DNA of 62,279 nucleotides, filler included, from Sphacelaria rigidula (lineage: Eukaryota): NCBI GenBank assembly GCA_964200075.2. It is 9 parts of 9 records of this genome, joined end to end, with 100 filler letters (N's around TTAATTAATTAA, not from the genome) between each part and the next. Parts side by side here need not be neighbours in the genome. Positions count along the whole stretch, not along the records: positions 34,659 to 41,489 come from CAXNAA020017864.1; positions 41,590 to 48,419 come from CAXNAA020017865.1; positions 48,520 to 55,349 come from CAXNAA020017866.1; 6 more parts are not named here. One strand, 5' to 3'. The notes under the pieces were generated by a model. It was not told the origin of the DNA. It saw only the letters and a list, made by a program, of their open reading frames with translations, and made no database searches. Below, piece by piece: positions 36,310-48,943 of this stretch (position 1 is its first letter; every line of letters begins with the position of its first letter). A program made the translations under genes and the position numbers.

Positions 36310-37993
36310 CACTACGAAACAAGATAGCACTGGTCGCAAAGGCTGTTGTCTCAGACCTGTGCGGGTGTTTCGTTTGCTTCACTGAGACACACACTCGAGG
36401 GACAGCGGCGAGAAAGCACCTCGTACGGGGAATGAGAAAAAAAAAAAATCAAAACGAATGGCGGTGAGATCGATTTCTATTCAACGGAAAATCTGAAATC
36501 TATGACCACGTCCTCGAACAAAATGGTGGAGACTAAGAGTGTTTTAACCGCTACAGTCGCGCTCTCACGCCGTGCAAAGTGACTGACACACGCCTGCATG
36601 CAGTGTGGCCGGTTTGGTACACCTACTCAGACCGAGACAAGCTCAATCCTGGCAAAAGTCGGCGCGAGAGGGCACAAGTAGCATTTTCGTAGTCATTGGC
36701 GTTACTGTTCGCGTCAACTTGCAGGATTTCGCAGTTCTGCAGTTTCTGCGACGGATCGGCTTGTCCCAAGATTCGAAAGCTTCCCCCGACAAGACGGCGC
36801 CATGACCGCAGGGGGTGACCTGAACTTTCGAAAGTTAATGAAGTCGTGCCGAAGGTTGCATGACTCTTGCGATACCCCACAATCGACAGCTTTTCATGAT
36901 ACGCGGATAAGTACTCTGTTCTCCGATCCACCCTGAGCCATTTTTACGACGTTGGTGAGTGCATGACATTTATGCAGACCTGGCAATCTTGCCGCTGGGC
37001 TCGGGAATGACCAGAGAGCCCGCCGCAAACGGACGAGCGTCGGTGATGGTCTGACGGAAGACGGAGCATCCTCACAGGCCTCTTCGCCTGCTGCATTCGA
37101 GGTGAGAACCTCTTAGTTGCAACCGCTCGGTGAAAATAGCGTCTTGGAAGCGACAGTCGAACCCCAAACACGATGCCTTCAAAACCGTCTCCTATTGAGA
37201 CATGCTCTTGGCAGTGACGTTTTCATTTTTATTTTTGTGTTTTAGGTAAGTGTTCGACAAAGGTATTCACACGTACCCCTGAATTAGATGCCCTCCGAGC
37301 GTCATTTCGGAAGTCCTTAGTCCACCGCGCTGTCCATCTTTTCGTCGAAATTGGAATGGATTTAGCTGTATGTCTTCTTGCTTGGTCTGTTGCCTGTTCA
37401 CCTTCCTTTCTCTTTTCGTCGTTCTTCTTTCATTCCTTCCTCGCTTTCTTTTGTTTTCCTCTCTCGTCATATTTCTATTTATCCTGCCTGCCGCATTTGT
37501 GCTTGTGCCGCCTTTCTGCGGAGTCGTTTGTAGAAAGCCCCCGCCTAGAAGCGCGGTCTCCAGGTGTCTGACTCGCAACCGGCTTCCACGGGCTTTCCTT
37601 TGTACAGTCACGAATCTGAAGCCCTCGCAGCGGTCTATCGAGTTCTCCGCGGACCGCCGATACTTCTTAGTCTCCTGTTTATATTCGTGTAGTATGTTCT
37701 GTTCGTTCGTTCTTTTTTCTTTTTCTGATATTTCCCCCCCAATGTTCCTCTCAGAGAGCCTACCTTATTTTTACCTTGGGTACGTCCATCTTGAAGTGAC
37801 GGCTCGGACAGCAGCAGATCAGTTCTTGCCCGATACTCAACAAGTCGACCATCATGAATGTCAAGTATTCACATCCTGAATTATCATAAAACCCGGCTGC
37901 CTGGTACCGTAGTAGACAGCCTGAAAATATCGTCCACATCAAGTCATTCGGACTGATAACGGGACTGCGCTTTTTTTTCCCCCTTTTTTTTAC

Positions 37994-38431
37994 CGTCACC
38001 CTTCTAACCCCTCTCCTTCCTCGGGACGAGTCCGTGGTCTCAAGGGGTCGAACTATCTCTCCCCGGTACACGCCTCCATCTCGAAAGGGATGCGTGGTCA
38101 ATGATCAAACGAGTAAGGCAAACGAGTACGCCCCCCCCCCCAGTACACGATGGTCTTATGACTATGGCATGCATGATTATGAGTACACCCCCCCCAGTAC
38201 ACGCCTTGCATTTTGGTCTCGTGGGTGGGATCAGCACTCGCGCACCGCGCCGACACTCGTCAAAGAAACTCAGTCAAACTCGTTTCGTGTCCTGTCGTCC
38301 CGACGATTTCAAACAGCGGAAATCAGATACTTCGAAGAAAAATCCCGAACTAAACGCATCCGGCCGGAGTCGAGCCCGTGTTCTCTCCACCCTCATAGAG
38401 TCAGGCGGACCATTCTCGGACCACCGGGGCG
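37994..38431 (-). mobile_element. SINE family B copy carrying a 121-bp insertion (38076-38196)
   Basis: The body matches 23520-23831. The insert is flanked by the direct repeat GTACACGCCT (38066-38075 and 38197-38206). Confidence 0.75.
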
Positions 38432-41400
38432 CGGCGGAAAACATTACAAAAAAGTTTCTGAAAGACTAGCATAATCTTTTGTTAGAATGACACTACCATC
38501 AAATGTCTCATGGCAAATAATAAAACAAGATTTATTTTAACTATCCAAAGATGACGCAGTTCACACTTTCCCAACTGGTAAAATAGACTGGCAATGTGTC
38601 TGCGACGAGGAGCGAGGCTATACCTACGCTGAAAATCTGTTTCCAACCTGGAAGGCTGAGAAATACACACGAAGCGCGAGAATGCCCCGTAGTAACCACC
38701 TGCGAAAGAACGATCAACTACGTGCGCTTGACTACTGTACTCTCTCCGACGGTGCGTGCAAATGTTTTTCTCCCAAAACCTCCGCGCAGGTCCAGAGTGA
38801 GAGCGTGTACGTTTTGGAGGGGGGAACGGGCGTAAGAACCGGCTCACAAACGTACAGCTGTCTGGTTCGCTTGCTGCGCCTGTTCAGGTGAGAGTGATGA
38901 TGCGTTGTGCAGTGGGTGATGGAATCGGAACAGGAACGATCCGTCAAGGATGCAGCTTTTAAGTGAGTCAGTCAGTGAAAACGTATCTGTCATGCAGATC
39001 GTCTCATGAAGCACATCGTACTGTGGCTCGTTCAGCGACGGAGAGAGGGTTCACCAATGGTATCGCAGTGGGGGGTTAAAATCACCATATCTCCGTCTGG
39101 ATTCGTTGCCTCATACGTCGAACCACTGCAGCAACGCCAGGTAAGATTGCTACACGTAGCGTATCCTTTCCCACACCTGCAGGCGACGCCTCTCGTAAAA
39201 CGCGTAGAGGGGCGTAGATATACTTCAGATCCACGGACTAGGTTCAAATGTATGTTTTCCCCCCATTCATCAGAGCCAGGCGGAACGGTTTATATATGCG
39301 ATCACTTCATGCACCAAAGCGAAGCTCACTGGCAGGTTGGTGTTCTCTTTTTAAACGCACCTGAACAGCGTCGGCTCTTCTCTACACCGTCCGTCCCATG
39401 CTTGCTGTTGTGGCGCGTACGCAGAGGCAATGGATTTTCCCGTCTTGCTGGGGTTAGCGACACCCGTGGAGAGAGGGGGCTCGTTGCTGTGGCTGAGCGC
39501 GGGGGGGGGCGGGTTCGATTATTGCACTACGCCCCCGCCTTGGAACCCTTTTACAAGACGGAGCTAACGCATGTGCATAGGTAGTGTAAACCGCCCGATG
39601 CTGGCTGTAGTACGCCGTCGTGCTGAAGATCAAGAGAGAGCCCCTCGCTTCGTGTCTAACAGGCGTCCCATTTCTGTTTGTATGGCTGACGATTCGAACG
39701 GTCGAGGCATTTCAAGGGGACGAGGGCAAGCAGTGCGACGTTCGTACGCGCGATGCGCGACGGTGTTCGACCTGAAGCCGACATAGTTTCCTCGTGCCTA
39801 CTCGCAATGCGTCGTCTTTACTGTAGCGAGAAAGCGTTGCATCAGTTACCCCTACTGTTGCGAAGGGCAAGTCGGGTTGCCAACAGTTCCAACATTGCCA
39901 GCACTGGTGACACCCCGACTGTGTCGGTGGCAGTGTCGATCACAGGCCAGGCCGTGTCGCCGACACTGTCTAGTAATTCAAAGCTGTGGGGACAGTGGTG
40001 GGAGGAAGAAAAGCGTTGTTGCAGAACAAGCGCCCTTCGCCGGCTTCCATGATACATCACAATGAGGCCGAGAATGATGTCGCAATCGCTCCAGCTGTGT
40101 TGGGCTGTCGTCTCAAACTCAAGTGACGCTGCTGCCCTCCGTCTCCGTACGGTCATGTTGACACCGATGCTCCTGCAGTATCGAAGGTTTGCGGCGGCCG
40201 ACCTCTGTTTCTTTCAGTGAGTCTGGTGACCTCGTGGTCGTTGACGAAGGAGCGCGGAAGGTATGAGCGTAATACACGCGACAACAATAAACAATCACGC
40301 GCAATGGCTCATTGAATCACAACGGCAAAGAGCCAGCATAGTCCGGAGTTGTAAGCTTCGATGCTTCGTTAAGTATCAGGTTACGATTCATGCAGTCGTG
40401 TAGGGGCATCACGGGATTTAAAGCATGCTTTCCTCTCGTATGAAAGCACAGGCTACCCGTACGGAAGTTATGGAGTCATTCTGCATCAGATACGGACGTG
40501 ACACATGAACAGCGTTGATGGCCCCGAACAAAGTATACCCTGACTTTTTCCCCCGGCAGCCGCAGCGGAAGTTCATGTTGGAACCCAACCCGCGTTCGTG
40601 TGCTGCATGGTCTCCATCCACTCCCGACGCCGTATCTGGGGGGGGGGGGGGGGGGCGTTCCAAAAATCATGTGGCTTGAAGTAACCTAAAAACAGATTAC
40701 GGTTCTGATACTTGAAGTATGAACCATACGTGTCTGTGCACACCTCCGCACGGTGACCGCCGACCATCTATATGTACTCCTTTTGTTCGCCTTCACTAAC
40801 TATCGCTGCGGTTACCGTGCGCCTTCGCCGCCGTGTATTCCACCACTTGCACCACCCCGACTAGTCCTCGCAGCGGTTGGAGAGGTAGGGTACACCACCC
40901 CGCAAATACAGCCCACGTATTTTCTGACGGTCGGCAACCTCATGTCATCGTTTCAGGAATGGAGACCGTGTGCCAGAAGAGACTGGAGACCTCCAACATC
41001 CGTTCGCTCCGCTGTGTCCGCTCGGCGTTTGATATCCCGCCGTGTCAAAGTAGATCATCGTGTACGCGCAGCTTTCCGGGTGTTGGGCTCAAGTGCACGC
41101 GTTCGGCCCGGAGCAGATCGTCGGATCTACGGAAGAGAAGATGGGTGGGGAGGGGGTTGACTGGGCCGGCAGCGCTCCGAGCGTGGCGAGGTTTATGTGG
41201 TCAAAGGTGAATACGAAAAGAAAACTTGGCAACGAGTTTGTTGAGGGTCACTCGGAGAAACACCCCCCCAAAAATATGCCTCCTCTCAGATTTAGGACAC
41301 AGCTTTTTCTTTTTTTTACCGTCACCCTTCCAACCCCTCCCCTTCCTCGGGATGAGCCCGTGGTCTCATGTGATCAACCTGTCTCTCCCCCGGTACGTGC

Positions 41401-42037
41401 CTTTCATTTTGGTCTCGCGGATTGGATCAGCACTCTCGCACCGCGTCAAGTCACGTCACGCAAACCCAGTCGACTACTTTGTTTACTCANNNNNNNNNNN
41501 NNNNNNNNNNNNNNNNNNNNNNNNNNNNNNNNNTTAATTAATTAANNNNNNNNNNNNNNNNNNNNNNNNNNNNNNNNNNNNNNNNNNNNTGCTGCACCCC
41601 TATAAATCAAGTGATGGGAGACTCCACTTATGGAGGTCATGAGTTCGAATCCCGACAGATTTGTTTTTTTCGTCCATCGTTAAGGTCATACATTATGCAG
41701 TACATTTTTTTTCATTTTTGTTTTTCATTCAGTGGCGGTGCCGTGTGTCACCAGGTTAGTCTACACTTCACAGTTATATGCTTACATCGGGTTCATTCAG
41801 GAAACTGGGGAAGCTGCGGTGTGAGCAAGTTTTAGCAGTTTTCAAGCTGGCCCAGCTCGTAGCTCACCCGGGGAAAACATGAGGGGATGAGCTAAGCCCG
41901 GTAGCTCACACCAGGGGCACATGCTCGTAGCTCACTCACGTCATGTGCCTAGCTCGCCGCTGACCAACCCGGTGTCGCTCATTATGTAACATTCTTATTT
42001 GAACGGATAGCGTCATATATCTTTAGGTTGCGGTGTT

Positions 42038-44898
42038 TGTTCATGTGAACGGGTACACTGAGTGAACATGCACATGTGCGGATAGATTTATGTCGACGTA
42101 CGGGTACTGGTAGTCAAGTTTGTGTGACTCCAGTACCATGCTCAGGCCGGCTGCGACACTGCCGCCTGCCCTCACTCCATATCAGATCCCTCTATCATAG
42201 GATCGACTTCGTCAAGGCACTCTCCAATAATACAAAAGACAAAAGTATCTATCCTTCGCCACGGGCCACGGAATTCACTCACTAGTGTTACAACCGGTTG
42301 GGCAGAATGGCAGATCAAGGTAGTAGGCCTGCTACAGTAGTGAAGGAGTCGAAGTGCCTTCACCTTCCCTGCGAGGGGGGGGGGTAGGCGGGGTGATACC
42401 AGAGATCCCCGTTCCAGATTTTGTCAACGGAGGGGGTGAGGGGGAGCTGGAATCATCATCATCATCATCAACGCCAACATCAGCGCCGACGCCGACACCA
42501 GCGCAGATGCTGACACCTACACCGACGCCGACACCAACGCCGACACTCACATCGGCATCGGACACTCCCTCATCGCCCGCACTGTCACCCTCTTCCACGG
42601 ATCCCTCGCAAGATGGCAGCGGGGGCGGCGACGCCCCTCAACTCCCGACGACCGAGCAACGCCGGCTTACGTGGGCCAACGAGTTGCCAACACCAAGGGC
42701 GGGGCGTACGAGGAGCCAAACACGCGACGCCGTGGGGTCGGCACACACACGAGGCGAAACGCGGGTGGCTAGCGGAGCGGAGGAGATCAGAAAGGAAGCG
42801 GGGATGGCGCTGGCGGGAATGGCCGACGACGAATGCTCAACCGTGGAGATGATCACCGCGGCAGCAGGACAGGTGGCAGGACAAGACGCAATCGCCTCGA
42901 TCCGAAACGAGTCAGCCGAAAACGAGTTTTGTTGTTTTTTTGCCGAGGAAAACAGAGGAGGGCAGCCTGAATTCGGTTTGCGTTCACCGGTTGGCCTACA
43001 TGTAAGCGAAGTAGAGGCAGCACCCATCAGTATGGATGGCATAGCATAATCAGAGTTTCGAGAGGCATGGTTAGGCGCAATGCAGGCCGAGCTAGGAGGT
43101 CATGAAAAGGCTGGAACATTTTTGACTGGCCCTGTACCGGAAGGAGTAAAAACGTTATTTCAGCGAAGTGGGTCTTTAGTTGGAAGACTGGCGCAGATGG
43201 TACTATAACGAAGGCAAAGGCAAGATTGGTAGCACGAGGATTCGGACAACATTTTGTAGTCGACTATTTCGAGACTTTCGCGGCAACGCCCTCCATGGCC
43301 TCCATCAAATTGGTCGTGGCAGTTGCAGTTCAGGAAGAGTGGCCGCTGTATCATTTCGACGTAACACAGGCTTTTGTTCAAGTGAAGATGGATACTGACG
43401 TGTACATGAGACTGCCTGAAGGTTGCTCCGTTTTGACAGACATGGCCGTTAAGCTTGAAAAATCTATTTACGGGATCAAGCAAGCAGGTAGGCAGTGGTC
43501 TCGTCTCCTGTGTCCAACTTTACTGGAGGATGTCGGGATGGTGCAGTGCGAAGCTGATCCATGTGTTTTCAAGATGGAGGATGCAGGAGACGTGCGTGTG
43601 ATTTTAGTTGTCCATACAGATGGCAGTCTGATCAGTGGTACTGAGCAAAATGTGGGAAAGGTGTGCAAAATCCTGAGCGAAAAGTCCCTCACGAATAATC
43701 TCGGAGAGGTCATATGGTACATGGGGTGTGCAGTGGATGGAGACTAGGATAGAGGCACGCTGTCGGTGACGCAAACCACGTTCACGGACACGCTCCTGAA
43801 GCGTTTTGAGGTGAGGGGATACTCGGAAATCCCTGCCTCTGTTTCTGTCAAGTTGGGACCGACAACGGGTGAAGACACAGTGGTGAATCGCCCATACCGT
43901 AAAGCAGTGGGGGGACTGATGTGGCTGGCAACAGTCACTAGACCTGACATAGCTAATTCAGTACGAGCGCTCGCTCGCCAGTCACATGATCCGTGCGAGA
44001 GGCACTGTGAAGCTGTGGTAAAGGTGCTAAAGTATCTGAATAAGACAAAGGAGTTTGGACTTACGTTCAAGAGAGATCATGACAGGCTTTCAGTTTACTG
44101 CGATGTAGACTATGCTAAGCAGGAAACAGATAGGCGTTCGGTCTCAGGAGTAGCTGTGATGTACGGTGTTGTGGTAGTATCGGCAAGGAGCCGCACGCAA
44201 CACTGTGTGACTTTGTCAACGACGGAGGTAGAGTATGTCGCAATGGCCCAGGGGGGTAAAGGAGGGACTGTTTAGAAACGCAGTGTTGACGTTCCTGCGA
44301 CCTCAGACTGTGTCGGGATGCGGGGAGGACCGCGGTATTGTTTTGTACAAGGACAACGAGGGAGCGAAGGCTTTGGCCGAAATTCCCCTCAGTTCCGAAA
44401 GGAGTGAGCACATCGACGTGAAGTACCACTTTATTCGAGAGCTGGTGGGGACGGGAAAGATCAGGGTTGTGCATGTAGATTCAGGATGGCAGCATGCTGA
44501 TATTTTATGAAACCTCTCTCGATCAACCTGTTTGCGAGGCACGGACGTTTTTTGATGAACTCGGGAGGTGACAAGTAGGTACGTTTTGTGTGTACCCTTG
44601 TGCTAGCTCCGGATATTTTCAGGTCTTGGTGATGCAGCTATGCGCATTTTGGGTTAAGTCACCCACGCTACTTCGAGGGACATGGGTTTTGTAGGGCGAT
44701 TCCTGACATGACGTGTATCTGCCTTGACCGGCGTCCATGGATTATCTAGAGGGAGTACAAGCAGTTGAGGGGAGAGGGTTTTTGCTCGGATGGCCGGGTT
44801 TCCCCAGTATAACTTTTTCTTTTTTAGAGAGAGAAATAGCCATGAAGACTGGTGTACCGGCACAGAGGGGGTGTTCATGTGGACGGGTACACTGAGTG
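42038..44898 (+). mobile_element. Ty1/Copia element, internally deleted (LTR 42038-42292; no gag core, protease or integrase), with disrupted RT-RNase H
   Basis: TG...CA LTR; KARLVARGF, DVTQAF, LEKSIYGIKQAGRQW, YRKAVGGLMWL..TRPDI and KYHFIRE motifs. The catalytic VDD is changed to TDG, with a stop at 43745 and a frameshift at ~44255. PPT AGAGGGGG at 44864-44871. Confidence 0.93.
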
Positions 44899-45137
44899 TA
44901 TTTCGTGGCCCGTGGCGAAGGATAGATAGTTTTATATTTTGCATTATTTGGAGAGTGCCTAGACTGAGTCGACCCTATGACTGAGGGATCAGATGTTGAG
45001 TGGGCACAGCAGGCAGCGTCGTAGCTGCCGTGAGCAGGGTGCTGTAGTCACACACACCCGACTACCAGTACCCGCACATCCGCATTAATCTATCCACACG
45101 TGTGCATGTTCACTCCGTGTACCTGTTCACATGAACA
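44872..45137. repeat. Central chimeric LTR shared by two convergent Copia elements
   Basis: The first 27 bp are the + element LTR start; the remainder is a minus-strand LTR starting at 45137. Polypurine tracts point inward on both sides (44864-44871 and 45138-45145). Confidence 0.85.
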
Positions 45138-47971
45138 CCCCCTCTGAACTGGTACATCACTCGTCGTGGCTTTCTTTCTCTCAAAAAACAAGTTTCAAGG
45201 GGGAAACCCGGCCATCCGGGCAAAAACCCCCTCCCCTCCACAGCTTGTGCTCCATCTAGATAACCCATGGACGCCGGTCAAGGCAGATACACGACATGTC
45301 AGGAAACGCCCTACAGAACCCATGCCCCTCAAAGTAGCGTGGGTGGCTTAACCCAAAATGTGCATAAATGCATCACTTGAACACCTAAAAATGCCCGGCA
45401 CGAGCACAAGGGTACACACAAAAAACGTACCTACTTGTCACCTTCCAACTTCATAAAAAAACGTCTGTGCCTCGTAAACAGGCTGATCGAAAGAGGCTTC
45501 GTCAAAATATCTGCATACTGCCATCCTCAGCCTACATGTCCAACCCTGACCTTTCCCGTCCCCACCAGCTCTCGAATGAAGTGATATTTCACGTCTACGT
45601 GCTTACTCCTCTCGGAACTGAGAGGATTTTCGGCTAGGGCTTTTGATCCCTCGTTGTCCTCGTACAAAACAATACCTTGGTTCTCCTCACTTCCCGACAC
45701 AGTCTGCGGTCGCAAGAACGTCAACACTGCCTTCACAAACAATCCCTCCTTTGCCCCCTCGGCCATTGCGACATATTCTGCCTCCGTAGTTGACAGAGTT
45801 ACGCAGTGTTGCGTGCGGCTCGTTGCCGACACTACCACACCACCGTACATCACGGCTACCCCTGAAACCGAACGCCTACCCTTTTCCTTCTTGGCGTAAT
45901 CTGCATCGCAGTAGACTGAAAGCCCATCATGAGCTTTCTTGAACGTAAGTCCAGAACCCTTCGTCTCATTTAGGTACTTCAACACTTTTATAACAGCTTC
46001 CAAGTGCCTCTCGCATGGATCATGCGACTGCCGAGCAAGCGCTCGTACCGAACTCGCAATGTCGGGTCTGGTGACTGTTGCCAACCACATCAACCCCCCC
46101 ACTGCGTTACGGTATGGGCGATTTACCTTTTTGTCTTCGCCCGTTGTCGGTCGCAACTTGACAGAAACAGAGGCAGGGATTTCCGAGTACCCCCTCACCT
46201 CAAAACGCTTCAGGAGCGTGTCCGTGAACGTGGTTTGCGTTACAGACAGCGTGCCTCTATCCCAGTCTCCATCCACTGCGCACCCCATGTACCAGGTTAC
46301 CTCTCCGAGATTATTCGTGGGGAACTTTTCGTTCAGGATTTGATCCACCTTTCCTACATATTCCTCAGTACCACTGATAAGGATGTCGTCCACATGGACA
46401 ACTAAAATCACACGCACGTCTCCTGCATCCTCCATCTTGAAAACACATGGATCAGCTTCGCACTGCACCATCCCGACATCCTCCAGTAAAGTTGGACACA
46501 GGAGACGAGACCACTGCCTACCTGCTTGCTTGATCCCGTAAATAGATTTTTCAAGCTTAACGGCCATGTCTGTCAAAACGGAGCAACCTTCAGGCAGTCT
46601 CATGTATACATCAGTGTCCATTTCCGCTTGAACAAAAGCCTGTGTCACATCAAAATGGTACAGCGGCCACTCTTCCTGAACTGCAACTGCCACGACCAAT
46701 TTGATGGAGGCCATGGAGGGCGTTGCCGCGAAAGTCTCGAAATAGTCGACTACAAAATGTTGTCCGAATCCTCGTGCTACCAATCTTGCCTTTGCCTTCG
46801 TTATAGTACCATCTGCGCCAGTCTTCCAACTAAAGACCCACTTCGCTGAAATAACGTTTTTACTCCTTCCGGTACAGGGCCAGTCAAAAATGTTCCAGCC
46901 TTTTCATGACCTCCTAGCTCGGCCTGCATTGCGCCTAACCATGCCTCTCGAAACTCTGATTATGCTATGCCATCCATACTGATGGGTGCTGCCTCTACTT
47001 CGCTTACATGTAGGCCAACCGGTGAACGCAAACCGAATTCAGGCTGCCCTCCTCTGTTTTCCTCGGCAAAAAAACAACAAAACTCGTTTTCGGCTGACTC
47101 GTTTCGGATCGAGGCGATTGCGTCTTGTCCTGCCACCTGTCCTGCTGCCGCGGTGATCATCTCCACGGTTGAGCATTCGTCGTCGGCCATTCCCGCCAGC
47201 GCCATCCCCGCTTCCTTTCTGATCTCCTCCGCTCCGCTAGCCACCCGCGTTTCGCCTCGTGTGTGTGCCGACCCCACGGCGTCGCGTGTTTGGGTCCTCG
47301 TACGCCCCGCCCTTGGTGTTGGCAACTCGTTGGCCCACGTAAGCCGGCGTTGCTCGGTCGTCGGGAGTTGAGGGGCGTCGCCGCCCCCGCTGCCATCTTG
47401 CGAGGGATCCGTGGAAGAGGGTGACAGTGCGGGCGATGAGGGAGTGTCCGATGCCGATGTGAGTGTCGGCGTTGGTGTCGGCGTCGGTGTAGGTGTCAGC
47501 ATCTGCGCTGGTGTCGGCGTCGGCGCTGATGTTGGCGTTGATGATGATGATGATGATTCCAGCTCCCCCTCACCCCCTCCGTTGACAAAATCTGGAACGG
47601 GGATCTCTGGTATCACCCCGCCTACCCCCCCCCCTCCCCGGGGAGGCGTAGGCACAGCGCACCCTTAGCTCCTTTAGCAGGCCTACTACCTTGATCTGCC
47701 ATTCTGCCCAACCGGTTGTAACACTAGTGAGTGAATTCCGTGGCCCGTGGCGAAGGATAGATACTTTTGTCTTTTGTATTATTGGAGAGTGCCTTGACGA
47801 AGTCGATCCTATGATAGAGGGATCTGATATGGAGTGAGGGCAGGCGGCAGTGTCGCAGCCGGCCTGAGCATGGTACTGGAGTCACACAAACTTGACTACC
47901 AGTACCCGTACGTCGACATAAATCTATCCGCACATGTGCATGTTCACTCAGTGTACCCGTTCACATGAACA
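44899..47971 (-). mobile_element. Ty1/Copia element, internally deleted (5' LTR 47717-47971), with a nearly intact RT-RNase H frame 45527-46783
   Basis: 418-aa ORF with VHVDDIL, YCDADYA, STTEAEY, YEDNEG and RSKHVDVKYHFIRE. A premature TGA lies just before QYADILTKPL. The upstream stop and frameshift are shared with the left arm. Confidence 0.95.
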
Positions 47972-48943
47972 AACACCGCAACCTAAAGATATATGACGCT
48001 ATCCGTTCAAATAAGAATGTTACATAATGAGCGACACCGGGTTGGTCAGCGGCGAGCTAGGCACATGACGTGAGTGAGCTACGAGCATGTGCCCCTGGTG
48101 TGAGCTACCGGGCTTAGCTCATCCCCTCATGTTTTCCCCGGGTGAGCTACGAGCTGGGCCAGCTTGAAAACTGCTAAAACTTGCTCACACCGCAGCTTCC
48201 CCAGTTTCCTGAATGAACCCGATGTAAGCATATAACTGTGAAGTGTAGACTAACCTGGTGACACACGGCACCGCCACTGAATGAAAAACAAAAATGAAAA
48301 AAAATGTACTGCATAATGTATGACCTTAACGATGGACGAAAAAAACAAATCTGTCGGGATTCGAACTCATGACCTCCATAAGTGGAGTCTCCCATCACTT
48401 GATTTATAGGGGTGCAGCANNNNNNNNNNNNNNNNNNNNNNNNNNNNNNNNNNNNNNNNNNNNTTAATTAATTAANNNNNNNNNNNNNNNNNNNNNNNNN
48501 NNNNNNNNNNNNNNNNNNNACTAAGGCAAGCAACAAATGAGTACGCCCCCCCCCCCACCTCCCTCCAGAAAAGTCGTTGGTTCGAGGAGCCAAACTCTAC
48601 ATTAAAATTAAAATGACAAAAGCCGAGCACACTGAGTGCCTGGCAACTCCCTCGCTCGGAGTTCGTTTCTGGCTGTGTCGCCCATATGAGGCTCTTCATG
48701 CAGCCTGAAACCAAATATCATGTGCCGTATAACCATTTTTGTCATGAGATTTTTGGCGTTGTTTCTTTTCTGGGGGGGGGCTATCGCGGCATCGCTCAAT
48801 TATTGAATGCGAATGAAATGCAAGAGCAAGTTGTCCACTTACTTCTTGAAATACCCGAAAGCAAATTACAGTAGGGCATGGCGATGACGACGACGGCAAG
48901 CCTACTGTACGTCGCGACGAACAATCTGCGACAGATGCCCCAC

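Larger units (their letters stand above)
41590..48419. repeat. Whole-contig inverted duplication (palindrome, ~3.3-kb arms)
   Basis: The contig starts TGCTGCACCCCTATAAATC and ends GATTTATAGGGGTGCAGCA. Mirrored ORFs appear in the ORF track (41611/48174, 42076/47724, 42354/46960). The inner arms are visibly diverged. Confidence 0.95.
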
